Shown: one piece after another, positions 34,930-42,035 of the stretch | Layout: every line of letters starts with the position of its first letter | Position numbering within the stretch: the stretch's first letter is position 1 | Made by a program: the position numbers and the translations under genes | IMG/VR virus record: IMGVR_UViG_3300010357_001710 | Strand: one strand, 5' to 3' | Length of the DNA: 55,857 bases | From: a virus | The notes under the pieces: generated by a model | What the model saw: the letters and a program-made list of their open reading frames with translations, nothing else | Databases searched by the model: none | Told to the model about the DNA's origin: nothing

Positions 34930-35202
34930 CTAATTCCTCCCGTCTTGCCAATGGCAATGGTTTTTAAGAAGACACTCAGCTTCATTTTTACAATCTTTTT
35001 CATAAAGTTTACGTGTTCCTCTTGGTGTTTCAAAAAAACCAGTAAACTTGTAATGAGAACAATTCTCGCAATACCTCTCGTATAGGTAGTGCTTTTCGAG
35101 TGCTCGTTTAGAATATAGTAAGTTTTTTAGCAAATCATCTACGCTATTGCAATATTCAATGCTTTGCAACTGTTTACTTGCTTTATACCATTTAAATGAC
35201 AT
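34930..35202 (-). CDS. Hypothetical Cys/His-rich protein
   Basis: 90 aa. 'CENCSHYKF...CKNEAECLLKNHCHW'. Confidence 0.4.
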   Translation of the reverse strand: MSFKWYKASKQLQSIEYCNSVDDLLKNLLYSKRALEKHYLYERYCENCSHYKFTGFFETPRGTRKLYEKDCKNEAECLLKNHCHWQDGRN

Positions 35203-35203
35203 A

Positions 35204-35458
35204 TTATTCTTCTTCTCTTGAATGTTTAAATTTCAAGTTTAACTTAGAAATTGCTAATAAATGTTTTAGTTTAGTTTTTCTTACTTTCAATTTTTTAAGT
35301 TCAAAAGAAATTCTAAATATTCTATCCTTATTAAGTTCTGATAAGCTTCTATAAGGATAAATTTTTTCAAGCTCGTTTGGGTTATTAAGTTCTAAGTTTT
35401 CTTTTTCTTCTTTTGTTATGATTTCTAAAGTTTCCATGTTTAAATAATAAAATTCCAT
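35204..35458 (-). CDS. Hypothetical protein
   Basis: 84-aa ORF with a class-II promoter motif upstream. Confidence 0.4.
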   Translation of the reverse strand: MEFYYLNMETLEIITKEEKENLELNNPNELEKIYPYRSLSELNKDRIFRISFELKKLKVRKTKLKHLLAISKLNLKFKHSREEE

Positions 35459-35472
35459 AATATTACCTTTCT

Positions 35473-35805
35473 TTATTTATTATTGCTTCTTTCTTTATTA
35501 AATGTCAACATCTTTATGCATTGTTCACATCTTTTCTCGTCTAATTTTTCTACACTTGTTTCTAATTTTACTTTTCCAAATGCTCTACATTCAAAATGCT
35601 CTTCACGAGAATTCCAAATTTTCATTATACATTTTTCGCAGAATTCATTTTCTCCTACATTAATTAGCTCTCTTAAGAATAAATACGGAATCATGTCTTT
35701 ATACTTCATGTATGTACCATTCTCGTATGGCTTTATTAATTTCCTGGAATCACCAAAAAGAATAGTACTTCCATCTATTTCATATCTTTGTGGTATTTTT
35801 CTCAT
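35473..35805 (-). CDS. Hypothetical Cys-cluster protein
   Basis: 110 aa. 'CEKCIMK...ECRAFG...CEQCIK'. Confidence 0.4.
   Translation of the reverse strand: MRKIPQRYEIDGSTILFGDSRKLIKPYENGTYMKYKDMIPYLFLRELINVGENEFCEKCIMKIWNSREEHFECRAFGKVKLETSVEKLDEKRCEQCIKMLTFNKERSNNK
35479..35508 (-). promoter_or_regulatory. Class-II promoter candidate (TTGACA-N18-AATAAT)
   Basis: Minus strand: TTGACAtttaataaagaaagaagCAATAATAAAT upstream of ATG 35458. Confidence 0.5.
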
Positions 35806-36064
35806 AATCTTTTCTTTCTGAAAATATTTTTTGTCTTAATACAAATTCTGACAATAAGGCATGACACAATACCGATACTTCCTGTGGAGAAGAATCTTGA
35901 ACTTCTGATAATAAATAACCAATGAAACACTGTTCTTTATATGAGACTTCTTTTGAAAAATATTGGTCTCTGAATTCATGCCAAAAAGTGTAGAAATTTT
36001 CAGGAACGCAAAGTTCTTTCACTAATTCAGATATTTTTTCTTTGAAGTTTACTAGTATTTCCAT
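35780..36064 (-). CDS. Hypothetical protein
   Basis: ATG 36064 has a GGAGGA RBS. The track start at 36079 overlaps the upstream stop. Confidence 0.4.
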   Translation of the reverse strand: MEILVNFKEKISELVKELCVPENFYTFWHEFRDQYFSKEVSYKEQCFIGYLLSEVQDSSPQEVSVLCHALLSEFVLRQKIFSERKDYEKNTTKI

Positions 36065-36075
36065 ATTATTCCTCC

Positions 36076-36441
36076 TCAATATTTTTGAAATCCTCTAAAT
36101 GATAATTTAGAAAGTTCTTTTGCTGCTTCTTTCATTTTTCTAACGGTTTCTAATTTTTTCTTTTTCTGTTCTGGTGTATCTGCAGAAAACTTTTCTTTTT
36201 TATCTCTACTTAATTGTCCTTGTGCTCTTACACATTCAATTTCACCACAAGTTTTTAAATGAAGATATTCATTTTTGCACTTATTTTTTATTTGAATTCT
36301 ATTACCACATATCGGACAAAATTTAACAGGTATTTCTGCTATTGATAAAACAATTTTTGCACCTACACGTTTTTTAACTACTACTAAATAATGTTTTCCA
36401 TCTTCTGATAGTCTAGTTGGTCTTTCTTGCTTTCTACTCAT
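36076..36441 (-). CDS. Zinc-ribbon protein, basic (possible nucleic-acid binding)
   Basis: 'CPICGNRIQIKNKCKNEYLHLKTCGEIEC'. ATG 36441 has an AAGGAG RBS. The track ATG at 36456 forms part of that RBS. Confidence 0.45.
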   Translation of the reverse strand: MSRKQERPTRLSEDGKHYLVVVKKRVGAKIVLSIAEIPVKFCPICGNRIQIKNKCKNEYLHLKTCGEIECVRAQGQLSRDKKEKFSADTPEQKKKKLETVRKMKEAAKELSKLSFRGFQKY

Positions 36442-36456
36442 TTTAATCTCCTTCAT

Positions 36457-36490
36457 TAAAAAGAAAAAGCAGAGAATTAATCTCTGCTTT
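36457..36490 (-). terminator. Rho-independent terminator
   Basis: Minus strand: AAAGCAGAGA-ttaat-TCTCTGCTTT followed by TTCTTTTTA, after the stop at 36498. Confidence 0.6.
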
Positions 36491-36497
36491 GTGTTTT

Positions 36498-37055
36498 TTA
36501 TAAAACTATTTCAAAACATTCTAAGTCGTTTTTTGGAATAACAAATAGCACATTAAATTTTGCTAAGAACTCTTCAACAAAAGAAAATACTTTATTTTTT
36601 ATAGTATCATTTTCAAACCTCCAGGTGAAATAAAGATTGTATATGATATCCCATTCTCCGTTTGTATAATTACTATTAAGTCCACCTTTGAAAAGTTTAG
36701 CACAAAAATAGTTTTCAGGTGCATTTTTACTGTATTTTGATTTTGAGAAGTAATCAGTATTGCAGCAATATCCATGAGGCAAAGATACAACATTTGGAAA
36801 AGTTTTCTCTATTTCTTTACAAAGATACTTTACAAATGAGTAATAATTTTCGCTAGAAGGATTAAAAATTTCTTTTTCTTTCTTAGTCATAACTTCTAAT
36901 TTTTCTGTAGCTTTACGGCAATTATAATTTGCTTTTGATAACTCAGATTCTAATTTTGCCACTTTTTTCTTTGCCTCAGAAAGTAAGCTTTCTAAGTTTT
37001 CTACAGCTTGAGCTTTGACTTCCAGCATTTTTTCCAATTTTTCTTTTTTTGTCAT
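36498..37055 (-). CDS. Hypothetical protein with N-terminal coiled coil
   Basis: 185 aa. SD of the GAAAGGCGGAA class (37060-37070). Confidence 0.45.
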   Translation of the reverse strand: MTKKEKLEKMLEVKAQAVENLESLLSEAKKKVAKLESELSKANYNCRKATEKLEVMTKKEKEIFNPSSENYYSFVKYLCKEIEKTFPNVVSLPHGYCCNTDYFSKSKYSKNAPENYFCAKLFKGGLNSNYTNGEWDIIYNLYFTWRFENDTIKNKVFSFVEEFLAKFNVLFVIPKNDLECFEIVL

Positions 37056-37088
37056 AATTTTCCGCCTTTCTTTTTAGAGGAAGAACGC

Positions 37089-37367
37089 TTACGCGTTTTC
37101 CTCCATTGCTGCTTGAAATGCTTCCTCAAAGTAATCTTCTGAGCAGTTATAATAGTCGCTTGAATAAAACTTAAGTAAATTTTCTTTTGTTCCTGTTACA
37201 TCAATGATTGAAATTCCTCTGTCAAAATCTGCGTCGATAATTTTGTGGTCTAGTCCAAATTCTTGTGCTGCCATAAGAAATTCAACCATTCTTTTTTCAT
37301 TCTCAAGTAGCACGTCCAAGCTCATCGTTACTTCTGTGTTTTTAGTTTTTCTTCTTAAGTTTTCCAT
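37089..37367 (-). CDS. Small acidic early protein, paralog 1 of 4
   Basis: 92 aa behind early cassette E2. Shares 'GL.hK' and 'I.V.G.KENL..FY' cores with 37656-37919, 38039-38284 and 38303-38584. Confidence 0.6.
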   Translation of the reverse strand: MENLRRKTKNTEVTMSLDVLLENEKRMVEFLMAAQEFGLDHKIIDADFDRGISIIDVTGTKENLLKFYSSDYYNCSEDYFEEAFQAAMEENA

Positions 37368-37413
37368 GGGTTCCGCCTTTCTCGGAAGTTTATTGCCTTC
37401 CGTTTACATGATT

Positions 37414-37441
37414 ATTATACCATATGCAAAGCATATGTACA
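37414..37441 (-). promoter_or_regulatory. Early promoter E2 (TGTACA-N16-TGgTATAAT) with structured leader
   Basis: Minus strand: TTTTTTCCTGTACAtatgctttgcataTGGTATAAT. Leader hairpin CGGAAG/CTTCCG (37383-37402). SD GAAAGGCGGAA. Confidence 0.6.
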
Positions 37442-37496
37442 GGAAAAAAAAACAAAAAAACTATTTTTTTTTTTGTTTTTTTTAATAGCGATGTCT

Positions 37497-37599
37497 TAAT
37501 ATATATTTTAACTATTTACTTGTATGTGTGTTGCAATGCTAATTGCTAAGGTAATTTTTTAATGTGTATGAAACAAAAACTTGAAAGTCAAGTTTTAAC
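37497..37599. repeat. Arm A of an imperfect ~100-bp inverted repeat (partner 38692-38793)
   Basis: Blocks shared with the reverse complement of arm B: TAATATATATTTTAAC, GTGTTGCAATG, GTGTATGAAA, AACTTGAAAGTCAAGTTT. Confidence 0.8.
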
Positions 37600-37607
37600 T
37601 TTGCTAC

Positions 37608-37645
37608 ATAAAAATAGGGGATATTGCTATCCCCTAATTTTTTAG
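37608..37645 (-). terminator. Bidirectional rho-independent terminator after paralog 2
   Basis: AGGGGAT-attgct-ATCCCCT (37616-37635), flanked by an A-run and a T-run. Confidence 0.6.
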
Positions 37646-37655
37646 TCTTTTGTTA

Positions 37656-37919
37656 TTAGTTTGATTCTAACAAAATTTCTTTGAAGCTAACAGTATCTTC
37701 TTCTAAAATTATTTGCTCATAATAAAAGTTTTCCAAATTTTCTTCTGGCCCGAATAACGTAACAGTTATCACAGCATTTGAGCTTCCATCTCGCTTTGGA
37801 ATTTCTTCTACCTCATGAATTTTGTAAGTCAGATTGTAATCCAAAGTAGCAGACTTAAGAATGTTTAGAACCCCGATGCTAGATGTTTCTGGTGTTTCCA
37901 AGGTAAGTTTTTTTTTCAT
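37656..37919 (-). CDS. Small acidic early protein, paralog 2 of 4
   Basis: 87 aa behind early cassette E3. 'YNLTYKIHE' and 'VITVTLFGPEENLENFY'. Confidence 0.6.
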   Translation of the reverse strand: MKKKLTLETPETSSIGVLNILKSATLDYNLTYKIHEVEEIPKRDGSSNAVITVTLFGPEENLENFYYEQIILEEDTVSFKEILLESN

Positions 37920-37965
37920 TTTTTCCGCCTTTCTTGGAAGAGTTTATCCCTTCCTTTATGAATTC

Positions 37966-37993
37966 ATTATAACATAAGCACACGAAAAGTACA
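37966..37993 (-). promoter_or_regulatory. Early promoter E3 (TGTACT-N16-TGtTATAAT) with structured leader
   Basis: Minus strand: TTTTTCCTGTACTtttcgtgtgcttaTGTTATAAT. Leader hairpin 37936-37954. SD GAAAGGCGGAA. Confidence 0.55.
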
Positions 37994-38032
37994 GGAAAAA
38001 ACTGGAATATTTTTAGTATTCCAGTTTTTGTT
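37994..38032 (-). terminator. Rho-independent terminator after paralog 3 (bidirectional shape)
   Basis: ACTGGAATA (38001-38009) / TATTCCAGT (38017-38025), flanked by A5 and T5 runs. Confidence 0.65.
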
Positions 38033-38038
38033 TTGAAA

Positions 38039-38284
38039 CTAATCTTCTAATAATTCTGAAAAATCTCCTGTGTAATCTGGCTCAAATTCTTCAATATAAA
38101 ATACTTTTAAGTCGCTTTCAAAACCATAAAATGTAATGTTTGGGACAAACAACATTGATTCAGAATAACTATCGTTTTCAAATCGAAAAGTCAAGTTATA
38201 TTCTTTTCCAACATTTATTAGAAAGTTTATTAGCTCGTCATTCGTGTAAGCAACGTCTAAGTTTATTTTTTTAATCGGCTTCAT
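38039..38284 (-). CDS. Small acidic early protein, paralog 3 of 4
   Basis: 81 aa. 'YNLTFRFEN' and 'NITFYGFESDLKVFY'. No own cassette. It follows paralog 4 after a short hairpin (GCAGGG/CCCTGC). Confidence 0.55.
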   Translation of the reverse strand: MKPIKKINLDVAYTNDELINFLINVGKEYNLTFRFENDSYSESMLFVPNITFYGFESDLKVFYIEEFEPDYTGDFSELLED

Positions 38285-38302
38285 AGTTTTAAAGCAGGGC
38301 TT

Positions 38303-38584
38303 TTAACCCTGCTCCTCCATTTCTACTTCAAAAAGTTTTTCGAATTCTACTTCAGTATCTATATTTTCAAATAAATTTTCTTCAGCGTAGAAGTTGAAAA
38401 ACCCGCGTAAGTTTTCTTTTTTCCCATAAAAAGATATCACAGAAGTCATTGTGGTAAAGTCAATTTCTTCTAATGTGTACCGTAACCCAAAACCCTTATT
38501 TGCTTCAATTAATAAGTGTCCAAGATCCCCTTCGATGTCGTCCGATAAGATTTCGATTTCGATTTTCCCGATTTTCTTTTCCAT
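38303..38584 (-). CDS. Small acidic early protein, paralog 4 of 4
   Basis: 93 aa behind early cassette E4. 'FGLRYTLEE' and 'VISFYGKKENLRGFFNFY'. Confidence 0.6.
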   Translation of the reverse strand: MEKKIGKIEIEILSDDIEGDLGHLLIEANKGFGLRYTLEEIDFTTMTSVISFYGKKENLRGFFNFYAEENLFENIDTEVEFEKLFEVEMEEQG

Positions 38585-38628
38585 AGTTTTCCGCCTTTCT
38601 GGAAAGTATTCCTTTCCTTTATGAATTA

Positions 38629-38656
38629 ATTATACCACATGCAAGAAAAATGTACA
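38629..38656 (-). promoter_or_regulatory. Early promoter E4 (TGTACA-N16-TGgTATAAT) with structured leader
   Basis: Minus strand: TTTTTTCCTGTACAtttttcttgcatgTGGTATAAT. Leader hairpin GGAAAG/CTTTCC (38601-38617). SD GAAAGGCGGAA. Confidence 0.6.
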
Positions 38657-38691
38657 GGAAAAAATGAAAAATTTAGTTTTTTTGTTTTATT

Positions 38692-38793
38692 GTTAAACTT
38701 GACTTTCAAGTTCGCATTTCATACACTTTAAAAAGTAGGGATGTTGATTTTCATTGCAACACCCCTTGTACCATATGGTTAAAATATATATTA
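38692..38793. repeat. Arm B of the imperfect ~100-bp inverted repeat (partner 37497-37599)
   Basis: The reverse complement aligns colinearly with arm A. It contains TTGACT-N17-TACACT on the plus strand, pointing at the 3' end of the ligase gene. Confidence 0.8.
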
Positions 38794-38819
38794 TGGGCTC
38801 AATATTGTTTTCAATACTT

Positions 38820-40070
38820 TTATCTATCCAACTTCAATTTTTTATACACAGGAAATCTTAGTGAATTATCTTCAGTAACGTTTTGATATTTTATTTCAAC
38901 TAATTTTCCAAACAATTCTTTGTCTTTGTATAATTTTTTCAACTTAGCACGAGTAGAATCTGTAAGACCTGTGCCAACCCAAGATTCTATATTTTCTTTA
39001 ACAACCTTTAATCTAACAATTTCATTCTCATACTTTGTTCTAGGTCTTCCAAATTCAACATCAATTATTTCAAAATCATCTTCTTTGAATTTTTTGTATT
39101 TTAATAATGCGTTAGAGCGCTCAAAGTTGTATAATTCCTTAGTATCTCTTAGCATTATTCCTTCATACCCAGCATCAACAAATCTATCATGTAATCTTTC
39201 AATTTCTTCTCTTGAGTTTACTAAATAATATTCAACAACATTAAAAAATTCATTTGAAGCATAAGCTCTTAACATATTAGTAGTTTCACAAAAGTGCTCT
39301 AAATTTTTAGCACTTATAGCAAACAAATTAAAAAATATTTTATTTTTTCTTTCCAAACTTATTTCTTTTTTAGTAGTCACTATGCTTTGAATTTCTTCAA
39401 AAAGTAAATCTTTTGAAAATAATTCTCCATCATTAAAATCTAGATGGTTTACTGTGCATACTCTTTCCAAATAGTTTCTTATGTGCTCAAAACCAAAAAT
39501 TTCTTTTCCATTTCTTGTGTACAAAGTTTTTTCTTTTACCCAGTTAGGGTGATGAGGTAATTTATTATGAACATAGAAACATCTCAAGCCGTCAAGTTTT
39601 GGAGAAGCTAACCACATTTTTGTGGGGTATTCTTTTTCTGGATCATACTTATTTGCTAACTGGACTTTAAATTCTTTTATGAAATTATTTCCAAAAACTT
39701 CATTTAGAATTATAGAACTTATACCACATTTCAAATCTCTAGAAAGAATATCGTTTATAAGTTCCTGTGTTTCTTTATTGCATAGAGAAAAAACTTCTGT
39801 AAGTTTCGCTATTGCTTCTTTATGTTCTATTTCTTTATTTACATATTTCATTAAAGTATCAAAAAAATTTGAGTAAACTGCTTCTATATCTAAAATTCCA
39901 GACTTATTACTTTTCAATGACCGTATTCCAAAAATAATATTTTTGTCATAAGTAAGTTTTAAAATTAACATTCCGTATGTTTCAAATCTTTTTAATATTG
40001 TTCTTTTTATCTCACGTTTGTTTGTTTTTCTTAAATCATTTATTAATTCTAAAAATGTTTTTCTATTCAT
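38820..40070 (-). CDS. ATP-dependent DNA ligase
   Basis: Motif I 'SPKLDGLR', 'FNDGELF', 'YEGIMLRD', 'LLKYKKF'. 416 aa. Confidence 0.9.
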   Translation of the reverse strand: MNRKTFLELINDLRKTNKREIKRTILKRFETYGMLILKLTYDKNIIFGIRSLKSNKSGILDIEAVYSNFFDTLMKYVNKEIEHKEAIAKLTEVFSLCNKETQELINDILSRDLKCGISSIILNEVFGNNFIKEFKVQLANKYDPEKEYPTKMWLASPKLDGLRCFYVHNKLPHHPNWVKEKTLYTRNGKEIFGFEHIRNYLERVCTVNHLDFNDGELFSKDLLFEEIQSIVTTKKEISLERKNKIFFNLFAISAKNLEHFCETTNMLRAYASNEFFNVVEYYLVNSREEIERLHDRFVDAGYEGIMLRDTKELYNFERSNALLKYKKFKEDDFEIIDVEFGRPRTKYENEIVRLKVVKENIESWVGTGLTDSTRAKLKKLYKDKELFGKLVEIKYQNVTEDNSLRFPVYKKLKLDR

Positions 40071-40080
40071 AATTTTCTCC

Positions 40081-40428
40081 TTATTTTATATTTTTAAAAC
40101 GGTAATTTTTTACAGTTTCAAAATCTTCTATATTAATTTTCTTTACGTATAGATTCAAAGACATTATGTCTTTTACTCCATCATTATACCCTTTTCGATA
40201 GTATTCTTCTTTGTTTTCTTTTTCTAATCTCTTTACAGATTGTAAAAAACTCTTCATGTCTTCTGATTCTATTTTTTCAATCTTGTTCTCCATTCTTGAG
40301 ACTTGACATCTTAGTGTAAACATGCTTATAAAAACTAATAAAAGAAGAGCAAAGAAAATTGTAGGAATATATGCTAAAACAATATCAAAAACATTTTCAA
40401 ATACGAATCTATGAATTTTCTTAAGCAT
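40081..40428 (-). CDS. Membrane-anchored hypothetical protein
   Basis: ATG 40428 has a GGAGAG RBS, right after the upstream stop (40430). TM segment 'IVLAYIPTIFFALLLLVFISMF'. Confidence 0.45.
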   Translation of the reverse strand: MLKKIHRFVFENVFDIVLAYIPTIFFALLLLVFISMFTLRCQVSRMENKIEKIESEDMKSFLQSVKRLEKENKEEYYRKGYNDGVKDIMSLNLYVKKINIEDFETVKNYRFKNIK

Positions 40429-40429
40429 T

Positions 40430-40729
40430 TCAATCTCTCCAAGCAATAGTGTAAAAATATTTTTCAGCATGAACTATTCTTACTTTTTCATTTTTCAAAA
40501 CTATAAGACTATTATCTACACAATAATTACGTATTGTATACTCGAGCTTAAATGGAAATTTTTCCAATATCTTATTTAAGTTTTCTAAGAATATTTCTTG
40601 GTTAAATTTAGTCTCATATGCTATACCTTGAAAACATTCTGGCAAATGAAAAGCAATCTTTTTTTCTATTCCAAAATTCTCAGGATTAGTAATACTTTCT
40701 AAGTTATTTACTTCTACTATGAGTATCAT
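40430..40729 (-). CDS. Hypothetical protein
   Basis: 99-aa ORF with AGGAGGAA RBS and a class-II promoter upstream. Confidence 0.45.
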   Translation of the reverse strand: MILIVEVNNLESITNPENFGIEKKIAFHLPECFQGIAYETKFNQEIFLENLNKILEKFPFKLEYTIRNYCVDNSLIVLKNEKVRIVHAEKYFYTIAWRD

Positions 40730-40752
40730 AATTTCCTCCTATTTTTATATTT

Positions 40753-40782
40753 ATTATTGTGAAATTTTATTGTTTTTGTAAA
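40753..40782 (-). promoter_or_regulatory. Class-II promoter candidate (TTTACA-N18-AATAAT)
   Basis: Minus strand: TTTACAaaaacaataaaatttcaCAATAATAAAT. The -35 overlaps the T-tract of the preceding terminator. Confidence 0.4.
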
Positions 40783-40815
40783 AAGAAAATGCAATAGAAG
40801 CTTTGCAACTATTGC
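40781..40815 (-). terminator. Rho-independent terminator closing the tRNA/structured-RNA unit
   Basis: Minus strand: TGCAATAG-ttgcaaagctt-CTATTGCA followed by TTTTCTTTT. Confidence 0.65.
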
Positions 40816-41020
40816 ATTTCTTTCTTCAGTGCGAAAGGCGAATAACTCACTGAAGATTTAACAAAGAGAAAGGCGAATAACCTTTGTTAAAAGAATAATT
40901 CTGTTTGGAGGGAAAGCATTTAACTTTCCATTGCCCCCACTTTTCAAGCTGCAACTTCGCGCAAAAAGTTTTTAAAAGCTTTACTAGGCAAGAGTGTCCT
41001 ACACTTAGACGACTCCAAAA
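40816..41020 (-). ncRNA. Candidate structured non-coding RNA downstream of tRNA-Glu (three hairpins, two with identical 14-nt loops)
   Basis: Hairpins at 40907-40938, 40858-40890 (TTAACAAAG/CTTTGTTAA) and 40824-40855 (CTTCAGTG/CACTGAAG). The loops of the last two share GTTATTCGCCTTTC (minus strand). Locally high G+C. The only ORF has atypical composition. Confidence 0.45.
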
Positions 41021-41091
41021 GCACTCGGAGAGGATCGAACTCTCGATGACGGACTGAAAATCCATTGCCTTTACCACTTGGCTACGAGCGC
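41021..41091 (-). tRNA. tRNA-Glu: tRNA-Glu (anticodon UUC)
   Basis: Hand-folded cloverleaf. Acceptor GCGCTCG/CGAGTGC, D arm GCC-AAGTGGTAAA-GGC, anticodon stem ATGGA/TCCGT with loop TTTTCAG, T arm GAGAG-TTCGATC-CTCTC. CCA is not encoded. Confidence 0.8.
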
Positions 41092-41192
41092 GTACCTGAG
41101 ACTGAGAGGGGTTAAGTCCCAGGATTTTTATACGGCTATTATCTTTATATTGATTTCTCATTATATTTTCCCCTCTCCTTCCATAGAATAAT

Positions 41193-41222
41193 ATTATTGT
41201 GCTATTTTGATTGAATTGTCCA
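41193..41222 (-). promoter_or_regulatory. Class-II promoter candidate (TGGACA-N18-AATAAT) for the tRNA/structured-RNA unit
   Basis: Minus strand: TGGACAattcaatcaaaatagcaCAATAATATT. Located at the 3' end of the 41194-41439 gene and directed into the RNA locus. Confidence 0.45.
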
Positions 41223-41439
41223 AAAGATTTTTGTTTTTTACTATATCAATCGGAATGAAAACAAAACATCCACCAGTCTCATTTTTCCAAATAGCAATAC
41301 GAGATTTTGGAATCCATTGTGGTTTTTTAAATTTCAATAATACTGAAATAGAAGTTTCTTTTAAAATAAAGGAGCTAAATTTTTTATAGTGTATAGAATC
41401 TGAATAGTTTCCTTGTACAAATTCTCCAACCATTCTCAT
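41194..41439 (-). CDS. Hypothetical protein
   Basis: 81-aa ORF with AAGGAG RBS. Confidence 0.45.
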   Translation of the reverse strand: MRMVGEFVQGNYSDSIHYKKFSSFILKETSISVLLKFKKPQWIPKSRIAIWKNETGGCFVFIPIDIVKNKNLLDNSIKIAQ

Positions 41440-41459
41440 ATTTAGCTCCTTTTATTTTG

Positions 41460-41660
41460 CTAATCGATAGACGATTTAAGCTCTTTTATCTTATCTGTAG
41501 CAATCTTTCTTGCCTCTCCAGCAGCCATACGAACTTCCTGAAGATTTTTTCGAATGCTAATACCTGCTTTGACATTTTCATTTTCAAATCTTCCAATGTC
41601 ACTTTTAATAACTCCTACTAGTGCCTCCAATTTTACTACCAGCTCTTTCAATTCTTCCAT
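41460..41660 (-). CDS. Histone H1-like Hc1 N-terminal-domain-like protein (putative DNA-binding)
   Basis: 66 aa. 'FENENVKAGISIRKNLQEVRMAAGEARKIATDKIK' parallels chlamydial Hc1 'AEKGNKAAAQRVRTESIKLEKIAKVYRKESIK' (recalled from memory). Confidence 0.45.
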   Translation of the reverse strand: MEELKELVVKLEALVGVIKSDIGRFENENVKAGISIRKNLQEVRMAAGEARKIATDKIKELKSSID

Positions 41661-41683
41661 AAGAATCTCCTTTCGTTTTTAGT

Positions 41684-41712
41684 ATTATTGTTAAAAATCC
41701 ATTCTTTGTCCA
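41684..41712 (-). promoter_or_regulatory. Class-II promoter candidate (TGGACA-N17-AATAAT)
   Basis: Minus strand: TGGACAaagaatggatttttaaCAATAATACT upstream of ATG 41660. Confidence 0.4.
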
Positions 41713-42035
41713 CAAAATTTACAAAATCTATCATTTCTATTCACAAGCGTTTCACATTTAGCACATCTAAAAATAGTTTCTTTTTCTACTGGAGAGATGA
41801 TTTCATTTCTCATTATAAGAACTATTATATCTTTTTCTTCTAAATTTTTCTGTATGCCTGATGTTGGAATAAATTTTGTTCCTCCAATATAACCCCAGTT
41901 TAATTCTAATCCACAACTTCCGCAAAATCTATTGTTTATTTCAGTGACAGAACCAAAACATTTTGGACAGAATCCTTTGTGGACATTTGCGAAATTAAAT
42001 TTAGTAATCATAAGAGGCTTATTTTCCAAGGACAT
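41691..42035 (-). CDS. Double zinc-ribbon protein
   Basis: 'CPKCFGSV...RFCGSCG' and 'CAKCETLV...RFCKFCG'. ATG 42035 has a GGAAGGAGA RBS. The track start at 42092 overlaps the upstream gene. Confidence 0.55.
   Translation of the reverse strand: MSLENKPLMITKFNFANVHKGFCPKCFGSVTEINNRFCGSCGLELNWGYIGGTKFIPTSGIQKNLEEKDIIVLIMRNEIISPVEKETIFRCAKCETLVNRNDRFCKFCGQRMDF

Noticed and set aside
37371-38660. Regularly recurring ~90-nt repeats, which could be mistaken for a CRISPR-like array
   Set aside because: The repeats are promoter, leader and SD cassettes. The spacers are 250-290-bp protein-coding genes of unequal length. There are no short palindromic repeats with uniform spacing and no cas genes.
40816-41020. 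Possible second tRNA downstream of tRNA-Glu
   Set aside because: There is no T-loop (GTTCGA-type) or acceptor pairing, and the hairpins do not fold into a cloverleaf. I treat it as a different structured RNA.
40847-41161. 104-aa minus-strand ORF with a plausible GGAAGGAGAGGGG...ATG start
   Set aside because: It runs straight through the tRNA-Glu gene and the hairpin array. Its composition (rich in S, Q, C and W) is unlike every other protein here. The apparent ORF is best explained by the locally G+C-richer structured RNA.
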